DNA of 63,996 nucleotides, the filler included, from Rhizaria sp. SCN 62-66 (taxonomy: Eukaryota): NCBI GenBank assembly GCA_001724265.1. It is 3 parts of 3 records of this genome, joined end to end, with 100 filler letters (N's around TTAATTAATTAA, not from the genome) between each part and the next. Parts side by side here need not be neighbours in the genome. Positions count along the whole stretch, not along the records: positions 1 to 24,785 come from MEDY01000416.1; 2 more parts are not named here. One strand, 5' to 3'. The notes under the pieces were generated by a model, which saw only the letters and a program-made list of their open reading frames with translations, was not told the DNA's origin and ran no database searches. Below are positions 1 through 12,403 of the stretch, in pieces; positions within the stretch are counted from its first letter, which is position 1; the number at the start of each line of letters is the position of its first letter. A program made the translations under genes and the position numbers.

Positions 1-563
1 GACGCAGTCAATCACAGGGACCTTGCCGTCCTTGCGGGTCTGAGCGTTCTCGAAGGTCTGCTTGGAGACGAGGGTCCAGAGCTGGTTGACGTTGACGGCA
101 GGGCAGAAAAACTTCTGCTGGGTCTTGTGGAAGTAGCGCATACCGAGCTTGCCGAAGTAACCGGGGTGGTACTTGTCGAGCAGAGTACGGTGGTGGTGCT
201 GACCACCGGCCATACCACGACCACCGGGGTGGCAGCGGTGCTTGCCTGAAAAGCGAAGAGTTCAGATGCAAAGATCATGACGACGTAGGAGAGGGATGAG
301 CGGTGGTGCGAGAGCGACAGCAAGCATGGTCTGCGCAGTGTTCTTGCAGATTACTTTTCCAGACGCTGGTGCAAGTGTAATGTAATGACAATGCGAAGAT
401 AGGTTTGAAGAGAACTATGAGGATAATACAAGTACGTACCGACACGACCGTGACCGGCGGAGACGTTACCACGCTTGTGGCGGTTAGCCTTCTTACTAGT
501 CGTCTGGGCGTTGAGCAGGGTGAGGAAAAGGCGTAACTTATGAGGCATTGTCCACATGACCAT
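1..563 (-). CDS. RPL27A: 60S ribosomal protein L27a (uL15); 3' part runs off the window start
   Basis: Spliced translation [61 protein letters not shown] is the L27a signature. Exons 503-440 and 245-<1, intron 439-246 (GTACGT...CAG). Probable ATG-only first exon 563-561 (less certain). Confidence 0.93.
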
Positions 564-1369
564 GCAATTTCCAAGAGCTACAATTTACTTATAAGATAGT
601 TTGCAAAATGAACTATTCAGAAATTAACCATACGTACCATATCTATGAAAGATGTGCGATTAACTTGCCCAACAAGATTGCCGCTACTTGAGCTCTGCTC
701 TTCAACCCCCCGACCAGCGCCACTGCCGCAGAGCAAAGTGACCGTGAGCACACTAGCACACTGGAGGATGGAATAGCATGGAAGATAAATTGGCAGATAA
801 GAACAACAGATTCATTCATTAATGTATTATTATTGTTTACAGACACCACATACAAATGAAAAAAACTAACCCATATTAAAGCGGCGGCCGCAATGCCGCA
901 TTTACGCAACATTCGCACCAACAGGTTCGTTACGTATTGCTGTGTCGCGAAAGCTAGTGCTCAAGACAATAACGTTACCTTACTTATGATGACTCCAAGA
1001 TGTCGCAAAACAAAGACAAAAGAAACAAAAAGAAGCCAGACAGTAGCAATAAGCTACCAACAACATGAAGATGATAAAGAGAAAACAAAGATGAAAGAAG
1101 ACAGAAGACAAGGTTACCCCAAATCTTCGTGCTTTTGAGTTTTAAAGATACGACCTCACAAGTCATAAGTCGCACGACTCACAGTAAAGCATTTGTTGTC
1201 ACTGCTGCAAGCACATCATGCCACTTGTGAAGTACAACCCAACTTCCAAAAGGAAAGAAAAAAAAACCAAGCCAGTCACATTTCAGTCAGTCGCGTCAAG
1301 AATGACCAAACAGCACTGCATGGCAATCCACGACGATCGCGTTTTGCGACTACAGGGCTGTTGTTTCGC

Positions 1370-4300
1370 TTAGCCGTTGTGGCGCAGAATGTGGATATAG
1401 TTGTCGATGCGGCGGTACGTCGAGTTGAGCGACTTGTCGATCTCGGCCTCGAGCTCCTTCTCGGCCACGCTGTTGGGCAGCTCGACGTTGAGCTTGTTGC
1501 GCAGGTACAGGATGTCGCTCTCGCGCATCAGCTCCGGCATACCCGCGGCCACCATGAGGATGAAGAGAGTCTCCAGGATGCCCGCGTTGGCGCGCAGCAC
1601 CTTAAACGCATAAGAGCACGTGCGCAGGAACTGGAGGAACACGTTGGACTTGCGGTAGTTTTTGCCGCCAATGACATAGGCCATTTCGGGCGTGAAGACG
1701 AACGCCGCGCGCTCGCGGTTGACGCCGAACTTCTTCTTGAAGTTGCCAAGGAAGTGTCCGAAGTCGATGTGGAAGAGGTGTCCGGACTTGGTGACCATGA
1801 TGTTGCCGTTGTGGCGGTCGCCGATGCCGAGCACGTAGGTCGCCACGCAGTAGCCCGCGCACGAGCGGATGAAGTTGTCGACGGCGTTGTAAAAGGACGT
1901 GCTGTCCTTATTGTGCTCGCGGATGAAGTTGTCGATGGGGTCGAGCTTGAGCGCGCCCATGGCTCCGCCGCCGTACTTGTGCTGGATGCCTGACGTCGTG
2001 TCGGAGTTAAGCACGATCTCGATCATGCCAACGCCGTCGCCATTGTCGTTGACGCCCGTGGCAAGCACGCGGTACGGCTTGAGGCGCATGTCGAGCTTGT
2101 TGCTGAGCCACATCTGGTCCATGACGCGCAGCAGCTGCAGCGTGAGCAGGTCCTGGCGCAGGTCGTCGCCGGACTTGAAGATGACGTAGATGGGAGGGCC
2201 GTCCTCGTCGGCGTTGCGGAACACAAGCCACAGCGGAACCATCTTGCTCGACATGAAGCGGCACTTCTCCACGATCAGCCCCGTCGCCTCCCACTTGGGG
2301 TTCAGCGGGATCTGGAAGCGGCCCATAGGCTGGAAGAAGGTCTTGTTGACGCGCTCAATCTCCTTTGTGTACTCGCGCATCGCGTCGGCGTCCGAGTACT
2401 GGAGGTCGCGTTTGAGGTGCACGATCATCTCGGCGATGCGCTGCAGCTTGTGCACCGTCGCGGCCTGCTTGTACAGCTCCTCCACGTAGTATCCGGCGTG
2501 CGAGAGAAACTCCTCGATGATCAGGGCGAAGCGCTCGCAGATCAGCGGGTCATGCACTTCGGCCTTGAGGTGCCAGAAGAACGAGTGGCCGACCTGAGGA
2601 GAAATCAAAGAAGAAAATGAAGGGGTAAATACATGAGTTTTGGACGACTCGGAAACAAAAAAATATAATACACAATAGAAGACAGAGATCGAGCAATACA
2701 AATCCAAACTTATTTCCGGAGCAATCCAGTCGAAATATATCGTTGTTCTTGCTATTGTCGTTAAAGCGTACCTGGTAGGGTGCCTTGAGCGCGCGCTCGA
2801 GCATGAAGCGCGAGAGCGGCGAGTCGTGGTAGGGCTCGAACTTGAGGCACTGCGTGAGCTGGAGCAGGTATAGCTGCAGCTCATCGTCCGTGAGGCGGTA
2901 CAACTGCTCCACAGCCCACTTGCGCACGGTGTAGTCGGCGTACTTGGCGTCGAGGAACTCGAGCGCGCGCGCGGGCTCGCTGGGCTGCGTCCAGAGCTTG
3001 AGCAGGCGGTGTGCCTCGTTGCGGAAGTCCTGCTGCCCCCAATCAACGCACTGCAGCACCTTGGCCAGCGCGGAAAAGTCGTCGACGAGATAGTGGCGGT
3101 AGCTCCACAGCAGCTGCTTGGTTTCGCTCGTGAGGCGGAAGAGCGGGTCGGCGCCGATGGCGTGGACCAGCGCACGCGACTGCTCCAGCCCCAGACGGCC
3201 GCGCGAGTCCGGCACCTGATGGCCCACCACGCGCGAATTCGGCACCGAGTAGGGCGCCGCAAGCGGGGCCACGACGGGCAGCGCGAAGCGCGGCATGTCG
3301 ACCACAAGCGAGGCCACGGGCGCGCCGACCGACTTGTTGTCGAGCGTGGTGGCGCGGAAGAGGAAGTCGGGATCAAGGTCGCGCTTCTTGCCGTGCTTCT
3401 TGCCTTCGGTGGCCGGGAAGGGCCAGAGCTTGAACTCGACGCGGCCCGTGCGCATGACGCCCATGTGGTCCACCAGCACCGAGGTGACCCACGCCAGCGG
3501 CACTTCCTTGTCCTTATCTGCGCGCTTGGCGATGACGACGAAGCCCAGGCGCACTTCGCGCGGCAGCAGCGAGTACTGCGATGAGTAGCCGCCCTGTAGC
3601 ATGGCGTCCCAGCGCACCGTCTCGCCGAGCTCCTGCGCGGGCAGCTCGTGCGACCAATCGAGGTACTCACAGCCGTGGAACAGACACGCGCGGATGTAGA
3701 TCGAGCCGATGTTGGGCGTCAGGCGCGGGAACGTCTCGGTGTTGATGTTGTCAATGCCGACAACCTTGAGCGAAAAGGGCGTGTGCAGCGCCGCCATCGG
3801 CAGCGAGCGCAGTTGCCACAGGTCAGCCTTCGGGTTCATGGCGAGCTTGTACGCGGCCACGTGCGTCTCCGCCGTCACGAGGCGGATCGAGCGGTCGATC
3901 TTGTTGCGGTAGCTCGTAACCAGGGCGGCGGCCTGTGCGACGGCGGTGGACTCGGACGCCGGTCCGGGGTCGGGGCGGCGCACCAGCAGCAGCTCGATGT
4001 CCTGAAAATTGTGACAACAACAAAAGAGCAAGGATATACCTTGATGAGATATAGTCAGGTCACAACAAAACTTGGAAAATAAATATAAACACAATCAAAC
4101 AACATTTCACATTATTTAATTTTTTAAACGATATTATCATTATGGTCTAAGAAGCCATAAGAACAGGACCTACCTGGTGGTCGCGGAGGCAGTGGCGGAC
4201 GTGGGCATACGAGAAGAACGGGTCGTCGCCGTCCATATACTCGTGGTGGCCGGCGACCTTGAGCACGTACTGGTCCATGTCGAGCACGTCCGGCGAGCCG

Positions 4301-5634
4301 CGGGGCTGCTTGGCATAGGCGCGCTGAATCACGTGTGCCGCCGTCTCGCTCGCGTCGACCTCGAGCTTGGTCTGCTTAACCGGCCCGTCCATGCGCACGA
4401 CGCAGCTGGCCTTGATCGAGAGGTGCTCGTTGGCCGGCGGAGGCAGCGCCTGCTGCGAGTAGTAGCGCGGCATGTGGTACTCGCTGTACGCGAGCTCCTC
4501 GTGGTTCGTCAGCTGCGACGTCGCGCGATAGTAGTCAATCGCGCTCACGCTCGCGGTGCCAGAGAAGGACTTGCTCGCGTCCCGGCGCGCCGCCCCTGTG
4601 GCCGCGGAGCCCGCGCCGCCGTTAGCCGAGACCGAGGGCGAGTTGTCGTTGCCGAGCCCGGCGCTGGTGGCCGTGGAGGCGAAGTCCCACCGCAGCGTCT
4701 TGGGAGCGAGCAGGTAGTCGATCGGTGCCTGTTCCTGCGCGATCGAGCTCTGCAGCGTCTTCATCGCCTTGATCGCCGCGGCCAGGTTCGTGCGCGCGAC
4801 CGAGATGGCCTCAGTCAGCTTCGTCGCCGCGGGCTGGCCGCCCGCCCCCGCCGCGCCCGCGCCCGCCGCGCCCGCGCCGGAAGCGTTGTTGGCGCTGTTG
4901 GCGCTCGACTCGGCCGCGGCGAGCACCTCGATGTGGCGCGCCACGTCCGTCAGCGAGAGCTGGATCACGTCCACGAGCCGCTCGCGGTTGTTCTTGATTC
5001 TGCCGGTGCCAGCGTCGGCGCCCGCGCCGTCGGCGCCGCCGACGCCGCCGCGGCGCGACTCGCGCAGCGTGATGTTGTTGAGGTCGTTGCCCCAGGCCTC
5101 GGAGAGTATCGAGGAGCCGCGCTTGAGGGTCTTGCCCATCGTGGCGCCCGGCGGGGGGTCCTTGTAAGCCGCCTGCTTCGTCGCGAAGTTGTAGTACACG
5201 CGCTTAGTCTGGTCCTCGGGGGAGACGAAGAGGTGCCATGCGTCCTCGGTGGGCTCGTCATCCTCTTCGTCGTCGTCCTCGTCGCTGGCGCCGTCGTCAT
5301 TGTCCTCGACGACCGTAGGCGCCGCGGGCGTGTGCGACGCGTATTCCTTGCGCTCGGGACCCGTGCGCGGGGAAGCGGCCGTGACAACGGGCGAGTCGTC
5401 GTCGTCGTTGTCCCCACGGGCGGCGGCGGCGGCGGCGGCGGCGACGATGTCGATCGACACGGGGGAGTTTACGCCGCCCTCGTCGCCGCGCATCGAGAGG
5501 AGTCTCGACGGGATCGGTGGGGGCACGCGGGAAGAGCTGCTGTGCGGGTTGTGGGTCACGAGCGTGGACACGCGCTTGGAGGAGCGGCGGTAGTTGTTGA
5601 GCTCGCGGTCCCAATCCTCAATCTTGGGCTGCAT
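1370..5634 (-). CDS. Class I-like phosphatidylinositol 3-kinase catalytic subunit (Ras-binding, C2, helical and kinase domains)
   Basis: Exons 5634-4174, 4001-2772, 2593-1370 with GT-AG introns. Motifs MSSKMVPLW, FKSGDDLRQDLLTLQ, SCAGYCVATYVLGIGDRHNGN, HIDFGHFLG; helical-domain YLLQLTQCLKFE. Stop TAA. Confidence 0.95.
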
Positions 5635-6846
5635 GGTTCGCGCTGATTAACGAGGCGTGTTGAGACGCGCGTGTAACAGAGGCAAGAAGGAGGGAAAAGG
5701 ACAAAAAAGCGGGCGAGCGCAGGCTAGGACGCTGAAAACCGGCCGGGGAAGCGCGGGAGAGCGGCCCGAGAGCGATATAACGACGGCGCCCGGTTGCTAT
5801 CACGGCGGGTGGTTGAGAGGAGAGAATTGACGGAGAGCGGCAAAGTGGAGAGGAAGAAACTGCGAAACAGAGAGCAAAGAAAGGCACCAGAATTGTAGCA
5901 GTTGAAGAGGAAGATGAAATGTGAGCGTAAACATATGATTATGCTGTTGCGGAGTAAATCGGCGATTTTCTACGCACGGGGTAGAGCGCGAGACGTAGGA
6001 CGAACGTGAGGGCAAAAGGGGGAGACGTTCGAGGCAGATTACAGAGCGCATAGAGCCCCTTCAGCGGCCACACAAGCGCAAAAAATAATTCCACCCTGTT
6101 AACCAGCAACAAATTTATCCGTAAATCGAATCCCAGCACCGAATCACGGCGTGCAGCACCCACAACCGCTCCTCTACACATGAATCTCGTCGCGAGCAAG
6201 CGAGGCGAGCGGCGCCCTCTCTCTGATCGAGGCTGCAACCGCTGGCACGATCTGGAGACTGCCGGCCGGCCAGACTGGGGCGACCTGACTTTCGGAGTCC
6301 GGTCCACGGGCGAGAAGTCAGACTGCGAGAGGCAGTTTTACCAAGGTCGAGGTCACCGACTGGGTTTCGTGGTGGCCTATGTGAGAATTCGCGGGATCGG
6401 ATTGTTTGCCGAGCGGCGCATTTGGGAGCGGAATCTACGTGCATGCTGGGTTGGGGCATTTCCAATTGTGTATTTTAACATAGTGCGGCTGCGGCGCGCA
6501 TTTGTTTTGTGAGCGCAGTTTGCTTTTCCAAATAGTCGCGAGACCGGCTGGGCCCTTCCAAAATCCGAAGGTCCGGCGGACTGAAGCTTCGGAAGAGCGT
6601 TTCCTTGCCCTGTTTTGGGTCGTTTGAGACTGCAATTTAGAAGAATGTCTTGTCGCACTTGTCGTGCAAAAAGTTTCGCACCACATGCGTTGTTCCTCAA
6701 GTAGGATGCAGCCCAAATCCCAATGGCGTCATCGCCCCCGACCCCTCACCCTCTCACTAACTCGCCCATCGCTCACTTCCCCACACTTCTCCTGCCCCCG
6801 ATTCTTCACTTTCCACACTGTTTCTTTTTTCAGACTGTCGTCCACA

Positions 6847-9800
6847 ATGTCTCGCATTGTGAGCGCCACCCGCACCACTTCCAAGCTTGCTGGTGGTACG
6901 TTTTTACCTTCTTTTCTTTCTCGCTAGCATCGTATCTCCCCACTGCGACCCTGCGCAGCGCATCTCTCCGGACATACTTTTAAAGCTCTTTCTATCTATG
7001 TGTCGTCCTAATGTTACCTTTATGTATAACAAACTAGACCAATCTACCACCAACTACTCTTCTTTTAAACACCGCACTAACTTTTTGCTGCATAAACCCG
7101 TTTTTTGTTCCCCATACGGTCTCGACGACGCCCTCCCCCTGCACTTTGCGTACATTTTAGCCGTCACCCGCGCTGCCCAGCGCAGTGTGGCGGTCGCCCA
7201 GCCTGCTCGCGCCGCTTCCACGACTGCTTCCGCGTCTGTCTTCACCAGCTCCGCGTCCCTCGTCGCCCCCAAGGCCTCCGTCGCTGCCCCCGCCGCTGCC
7301 GCCGCCGCCTTCTCCACGCCTGTCGTCGCCGCCCCCGCGATGGCCTTCGCCACCACGGCGACGGCCACCGCGGCCGAAGTCAAGCCCGAGGCGATGTGGA
7401 ACACCCAGTCCACGGTCTCGTCCATCCACGCCTCGCTCTCGGTCATCGCGTCCCGCGTCCCGTCGATCGCGTACGCCGAGACCTGGATCCCCTCCGCCGA
7501 CGGCAAGACCTTCACCGGCTCCGAGTGGTACCTCTGCGCCGACCTCGCCGACGGCTTCGGCGCCATCGCGCGCGAGAACGTCGGCCGCGTCGAGCGCGAT
7601 GCCGAGATGAACGAGCTCTCCACCGCCCTTAAGACCCAGGAGCCCGTCGTCCTCCCCACCATCGACAAGCACCAGGTACGCTCAAAAAGACATAAGATAT
7701 TTTTTTTTGATATTTGTTTAACTACACCGTCCTTCGCTTTTAAACAGCACAACACATCTTGAACAATTTTTAGCGCACGCAACGCTCTTGGTTTTGCATT
7801 GACGCGATTTTTTCAAACTAAATCACAATTGCTTTACTCACTCTCTATTTCTATTCTTTTCCTATCTTGCGCCTATTCTTTTCCTATCTTGCGCCTTTGC
7901 AGGTCTACCACAAGTTCATCGAGAACAAGCCCCTGTTCCAGTCGGGCGTCGTGGTCCCCATCGTCAACAACGGCGTCGTCCACGCCCTGATCCGCTTCTA
8001 CGCCAACGCCTCGACCTCGGTCACCCCGACCGACGCCAAGGCCCTGCAGGCGCTGTCGACCAACATCATCGCCGCCGGCATCTACGGCTCCACTCCCGCC
8101 CAGTCCGCGCTGACCTTCACGCAGCACCACCCCGAGGTGCCGGTCAAGCTCCAGGAGGAGGTGTACCACATCCTCGTCGCCAACGGTGTCTTCTCGCCCC
8201 AGCGCTGCTTCGCCGAGGTTGACTACTTCTTCAAGATGGGCCTCGCGCCCGTGTACTTCAACCGCTTCGGCGCCGAGCACGTGGCGAACCACATCCAGGC
8301 CTACGTCGCCTCGAAGCAGTTCTCTACGGCGTCGCAGAACCCCGACGACATCTGGCTCGCGATCGAGAACAACGTCAAGTTCATGGGCGGCCTGCCCCCG
8401 GAGCAGTCGCTCCACATGGTGCCCTACGAGCCCCGCAAGATCTTCGCCGTCGAGCGCAACATCACCCGCCGCATCAAGAAGATCCCCGCTAACAAGGCCT
8501 ACTCGCTCGAGATGTCCGTCTCGTCCAAGCCCCTCTCGCCCGGCTCGAGCAAGAAGATGGCCATGTACGTGCTGCAGACGCACGACTACGCCAACCCCGC
8601 CAAGCTCGGCGACGAGAAGGTGACCGACATCAACGAGATCGCCTCCACCGTCTTCCTCAAGGAGAAGACCCAGCTGATCAAGGACCGCTACTCCGAGGTC
8701 ATCGCTGAGGCCGCGGGCCGCCTCTCCCCCGTCGCCAAGGTCTACCCCGCCTACCGCGACGGCACCATCCCGCTCATGTTCGCCTTCCGCTACCGCGACC
8801 CCGCCGGCCCGACGACCAACTACATGCTCAACCTCACCCAGCTGCTCGTGCGCCACAACCTCCAGCCCGTGCGCAAGTTCGTCGAGACGTTCGCCAACAA
8901 CCTCATCGTCTTCTCGCTCTACCTCTCGCCCTCCGCGCCCCAGGCCCAGATTGCGCGCCTCATGAAGCAGTTCTCGATGCTCCACCTCGTGCCCCAGAAC
9001 GAGATCCTCACTCCCAAGTTCCTCGACGGCTCGCTCAGCGCCGAGGAGTATACCTACCTCTCTGCCGCCGCGCGCGTGCTCTACTACATCATTGGCCAGC
9101 GCCCCGACGAGTACAACACCCTCTCGAAGCAGTTCAAGAACGACGCGCTCAACATGGGCCGTCTCCGCTCGCTCTACACCTCGCTGCGCCGCGAGGCCGT
9201 CTCGCTGGACATGATCATGCACACCATGCTCATGCACCCCCAGCTCGTCAGCAAGATCTACCAGGACTTCGAGCTCCGCTCCACCACGGACCAGGTCGAG
9301 CAGCGCCTGCCCCGCAACGCCGAGCTCGAGGCCGAGGTCGCGCGTGCGTGCAAGGGCAACATGTCCTTCCAGATCTTCAACTCGCTCCTCGCCTTCAACC
9401 GCAGCGTGCTTAAGACCAACTTCTTCCGCGCTGCCAAGGCCGCCATCTCGTTCCGCTTCGACTCGCAGCTCTTCTCCGGCATGGACCTCCCCGCGCTGCC
9501 CTACGGCGTCTTCTTCGTCATGGGCGCCGACTTCCAGGGCTTCCACGTGCGCTTCGCTGACGTCTCCCGCGGCGGCATCCGCCTCGTCCGCTCCCGCGAC
9601 GACCTCGCCTACAACAAGAACCTCTCGACCCAGTTCCAGGAGACGTTCAACCTGGCCTTCACCCAGAACCTCAAGAACAAGGACATCCCCGAGTTCGGCT
9701 CCAAGGGCACCATCCTGCTCAACCCCGAGTCGCAGACCGAGGGCATCATCTCGTTCCAGCGCTATGTGTCTGCTGTGCTCGACCTCATCGTGCCCGCCAA

Positions 9801-11091
9801 GGAGGCCGAGAACGCCATCCTCAACAACCTCGGCCGCGAGGAGGCGCTCTTCTTCGGCCCCGACGAGGGCACTGCCGGCGTCATGGAGTGGGCTGCGCTC
9901 TACGCCAAGAAGCGCGGCTACCGCTACTGGCGCGCCTTCACCACGGGCAAGCCCCCGTCCCTCGGCGGCATCCCGCACGACACGTTCGGCATGACCACCA
10001 CGTCCGTGCACCGCTACGTCGTCGGTTGCATCGAGAAGCTCGGCATGAAGGAGGAGGAGTGCACCAAGATCCAGACCGGCGGCCCCGACGGTGACCTCGG
10101 CTCCAACGAGATCCTCATCTCAAAGGACAAGACCACCGCGGTGATCGACGGCATGGGCGTGGCTTACGACCCCGCCGGCCTGAACCGCGACGAGCTCACC
10201 CGCCTTGCCAAGGCCCGCGTCACCATCGACAACTTCAACCGCTCGCTCATCGGCCCCGGCGGCTTCCTCGTCACCGTCAACGACGTCGACATCACTCTGC
10301 CCTCCGGTGAGAAGGTCGAGAGCGGCGTGCAGTTCCGCAACGACTTCCATCTTCACCCTCTGGCGACGGCGGATCTCTTCGTGCCCTGCGGCGGCCGCCC
10401 GGAGTCCGTGAACCTCAGCAACGTCAACAGCCTGCTTGACGCTAAGACCGGCAAGCCCAAGTTCAAGGTCATTGTCGAGGGTGCCAACCTTTTCATCACC
10501 CAGGACGCCCGTCTCGTCCTCGAGGAGGCTGGCGTTGTGCTCTTCAAGGACGCCTCCACCAACAAGGGTGGTGTCACTTCCTCGTCCCTCGAGGTCCTCG
10601 CCGCGCTCGGCGTCGACGACACCAACTTCGCCAACAACATGGCTGTCCACGATGGCAAGATCCCCGAGTTCTACAAGAAGTACGTCGAGGAGATCAAGGA
10701 GCGCATCACCGCCGACGCCGGCCACGAGTTCGAGTGCATCTGGCGCGAGCACCTCCGCACCGGCCAGCCCCGCTTCCTGCTCACTGACCGCGTTTCGAAC
10801 AAGATCAACCAGCTCAACTTCTTCGTCCACGACTCGAACCTGTGGGACAACCAGCTGCTGCGCCGCGTCGTGCTCGAGGAGGCCATCCCCAAGCGCCTGC
10901 AGGAGCTCGTCGGCCTCGACGGCGTCATCAAGAACGCCCCTGAGTCGTACATCCGCGCTATCTTCTCCGCCTACCTCGCGTCCCGCTACGTGTACAAGTA
11001 CGGCGTCGAGGCCACCGAGTTCGCCTTCTTCGACTTCATGCAGCCCTACGTCAAGAAGGCCATCGACCTCGAGGCCAAGCTCAAGCACTAA
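6847..11091 (+). CDS. GDH2: Large NAD-specific glutamate dehydrogenase (fungal GDH2 type) with a probable mitochondrial presequence and a GAF-like domain
   Basis: Exons 6847-6895, 7161-7675, 7903-11091. Motifs GFHVRFADVSRGGIR, KNKDIPEFGSKG, FFGPDEGTA, QTGGPDGDLGSNE, VEGANLF, NKGGVTSSSLEV. Arg/Ser/Ala-rich acid-free N-terminus. Stop TAA. Confidence 0.95.
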
Positions 11092-12403
11092 GTGCACTGA
11101 CTGTTGCCGCTACGGGGACTCTGCATCTGCGGTTGAGTCGCTATCGTAGGAGCGCTTGCGCATGACGTCTGCGTCATGATATGAGGTAAGCGTGTATTGT
11201 GGGGGGTTTCCGGGTGGTGCGAGTGTGTGTGTCGTTTTGTTCTCGGCTGCTGGTCTATCGTTGCTGTGAGGACTGATGTTCTTGTTGCTTGTTGATGTTA
11301 GATTAGAGTCTTGTCTCACTTCGCCGTCATGCGGCAAGTTCTAGCTTTGTTTCAATGTGTCTGCATATATGCTTTATTCGTGTTTTCTTTCCTCTTTTTC
11401 GTTGCTATCGTGCTTGTTTCAGTGTTCTATATGCCTCTTAAGTGTTCGTGCACTGTGTGTTGTCTGTCATAATAATTGTAGCGTGCCTTTATAAAGAGCA
11501 GCTTGCGACATTGCCGTCGTTTGTGCTCTTGCCGTTGCTCATCCTAAGACTAATCACTCGCACGCAACGTCACTTATAGACACGAAAACAAGTCGAGAAT
11601 AACGAGGGGGGTTGTCACCATGAGTAAGTGCAACTGCGAGCCTGTCGGAACAGGGTTGGTTCTGTCACGTGAAACATAGGCAAGCAACAGCTTCAGTTTT
11701 GACGGCAGCAATTGTAATTGCAGTAGAAAACGAACATGAAAACAACATTGAAAGATGCTGCGTGTAGTAACTTTCGTTCGAGCCGTTCTGGGGGTTAGGA
11801 GGGGATTTTCATAAGAAGTTAATGATAAGTGAAGTGTTGTGAGACATCTTACACACAAGGAGTAGAAAAGAGTTTTTGAACCAGAGGACCGTTAACCGCG
11901 ATTTTCCAGTCACCTTTACACGTACTTGGAATGGGGAAGGGGGTAACATGATAATGACGAGAATCTTTTTTTATATTTAATGCTTTAAACGCGTCTTCAC
12001 CTCGCTCTTAAGACGAGCAGTGCTATTGTCAAAAGTATCGCTGTGTAATCTGTGGAGCGAAGTGACGATGCGGGGCGGGCTAACGGTCATAGCACATAAT
12101 TCTATGACATTGAACATAATAATAACATCAACATCACTAATACACATGATATTGAGAAGAATTAACCAACATCTACTTATACTGTTGCTAATCACAACAT
12201 GAAACAAGAGATGTGTGTCGTCACCTTAAGCTAAATATGTGTGCGATATTTTAGAGTTGATAAACCCATAGTGCAATGGATTTTCGGTTAAACACCATTT
12301 ATTGTTTGGAAAACTAAACTGCTTGGTGAAGCAACCCTTGCTAAATAGCAAAAAATATTGGGACAAGAGGCAATATACACATTGATATCACGATTAGTGC
12401 GAC

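Noticed and set aside
246-439. Possible intronic snoRNA in the RPL27A intron
   Set aside because: No convincing C/D or H/ACA box arrangement seen.
7851-7895. Tandem duplication of about 22 nt (CTATTCTTTTCCTATCTTGCGC) in the GDH intron
   Set aside because: Ordinary slippage duplication in a polypyrimidine tract.
7873-10011. Long antisense ORFs opposite GDH (also 20651-22951, 4177-5646, 50812-52335)
   Set aside because: Expected shadow of strong GC3 codon bias; no independent protein signal.
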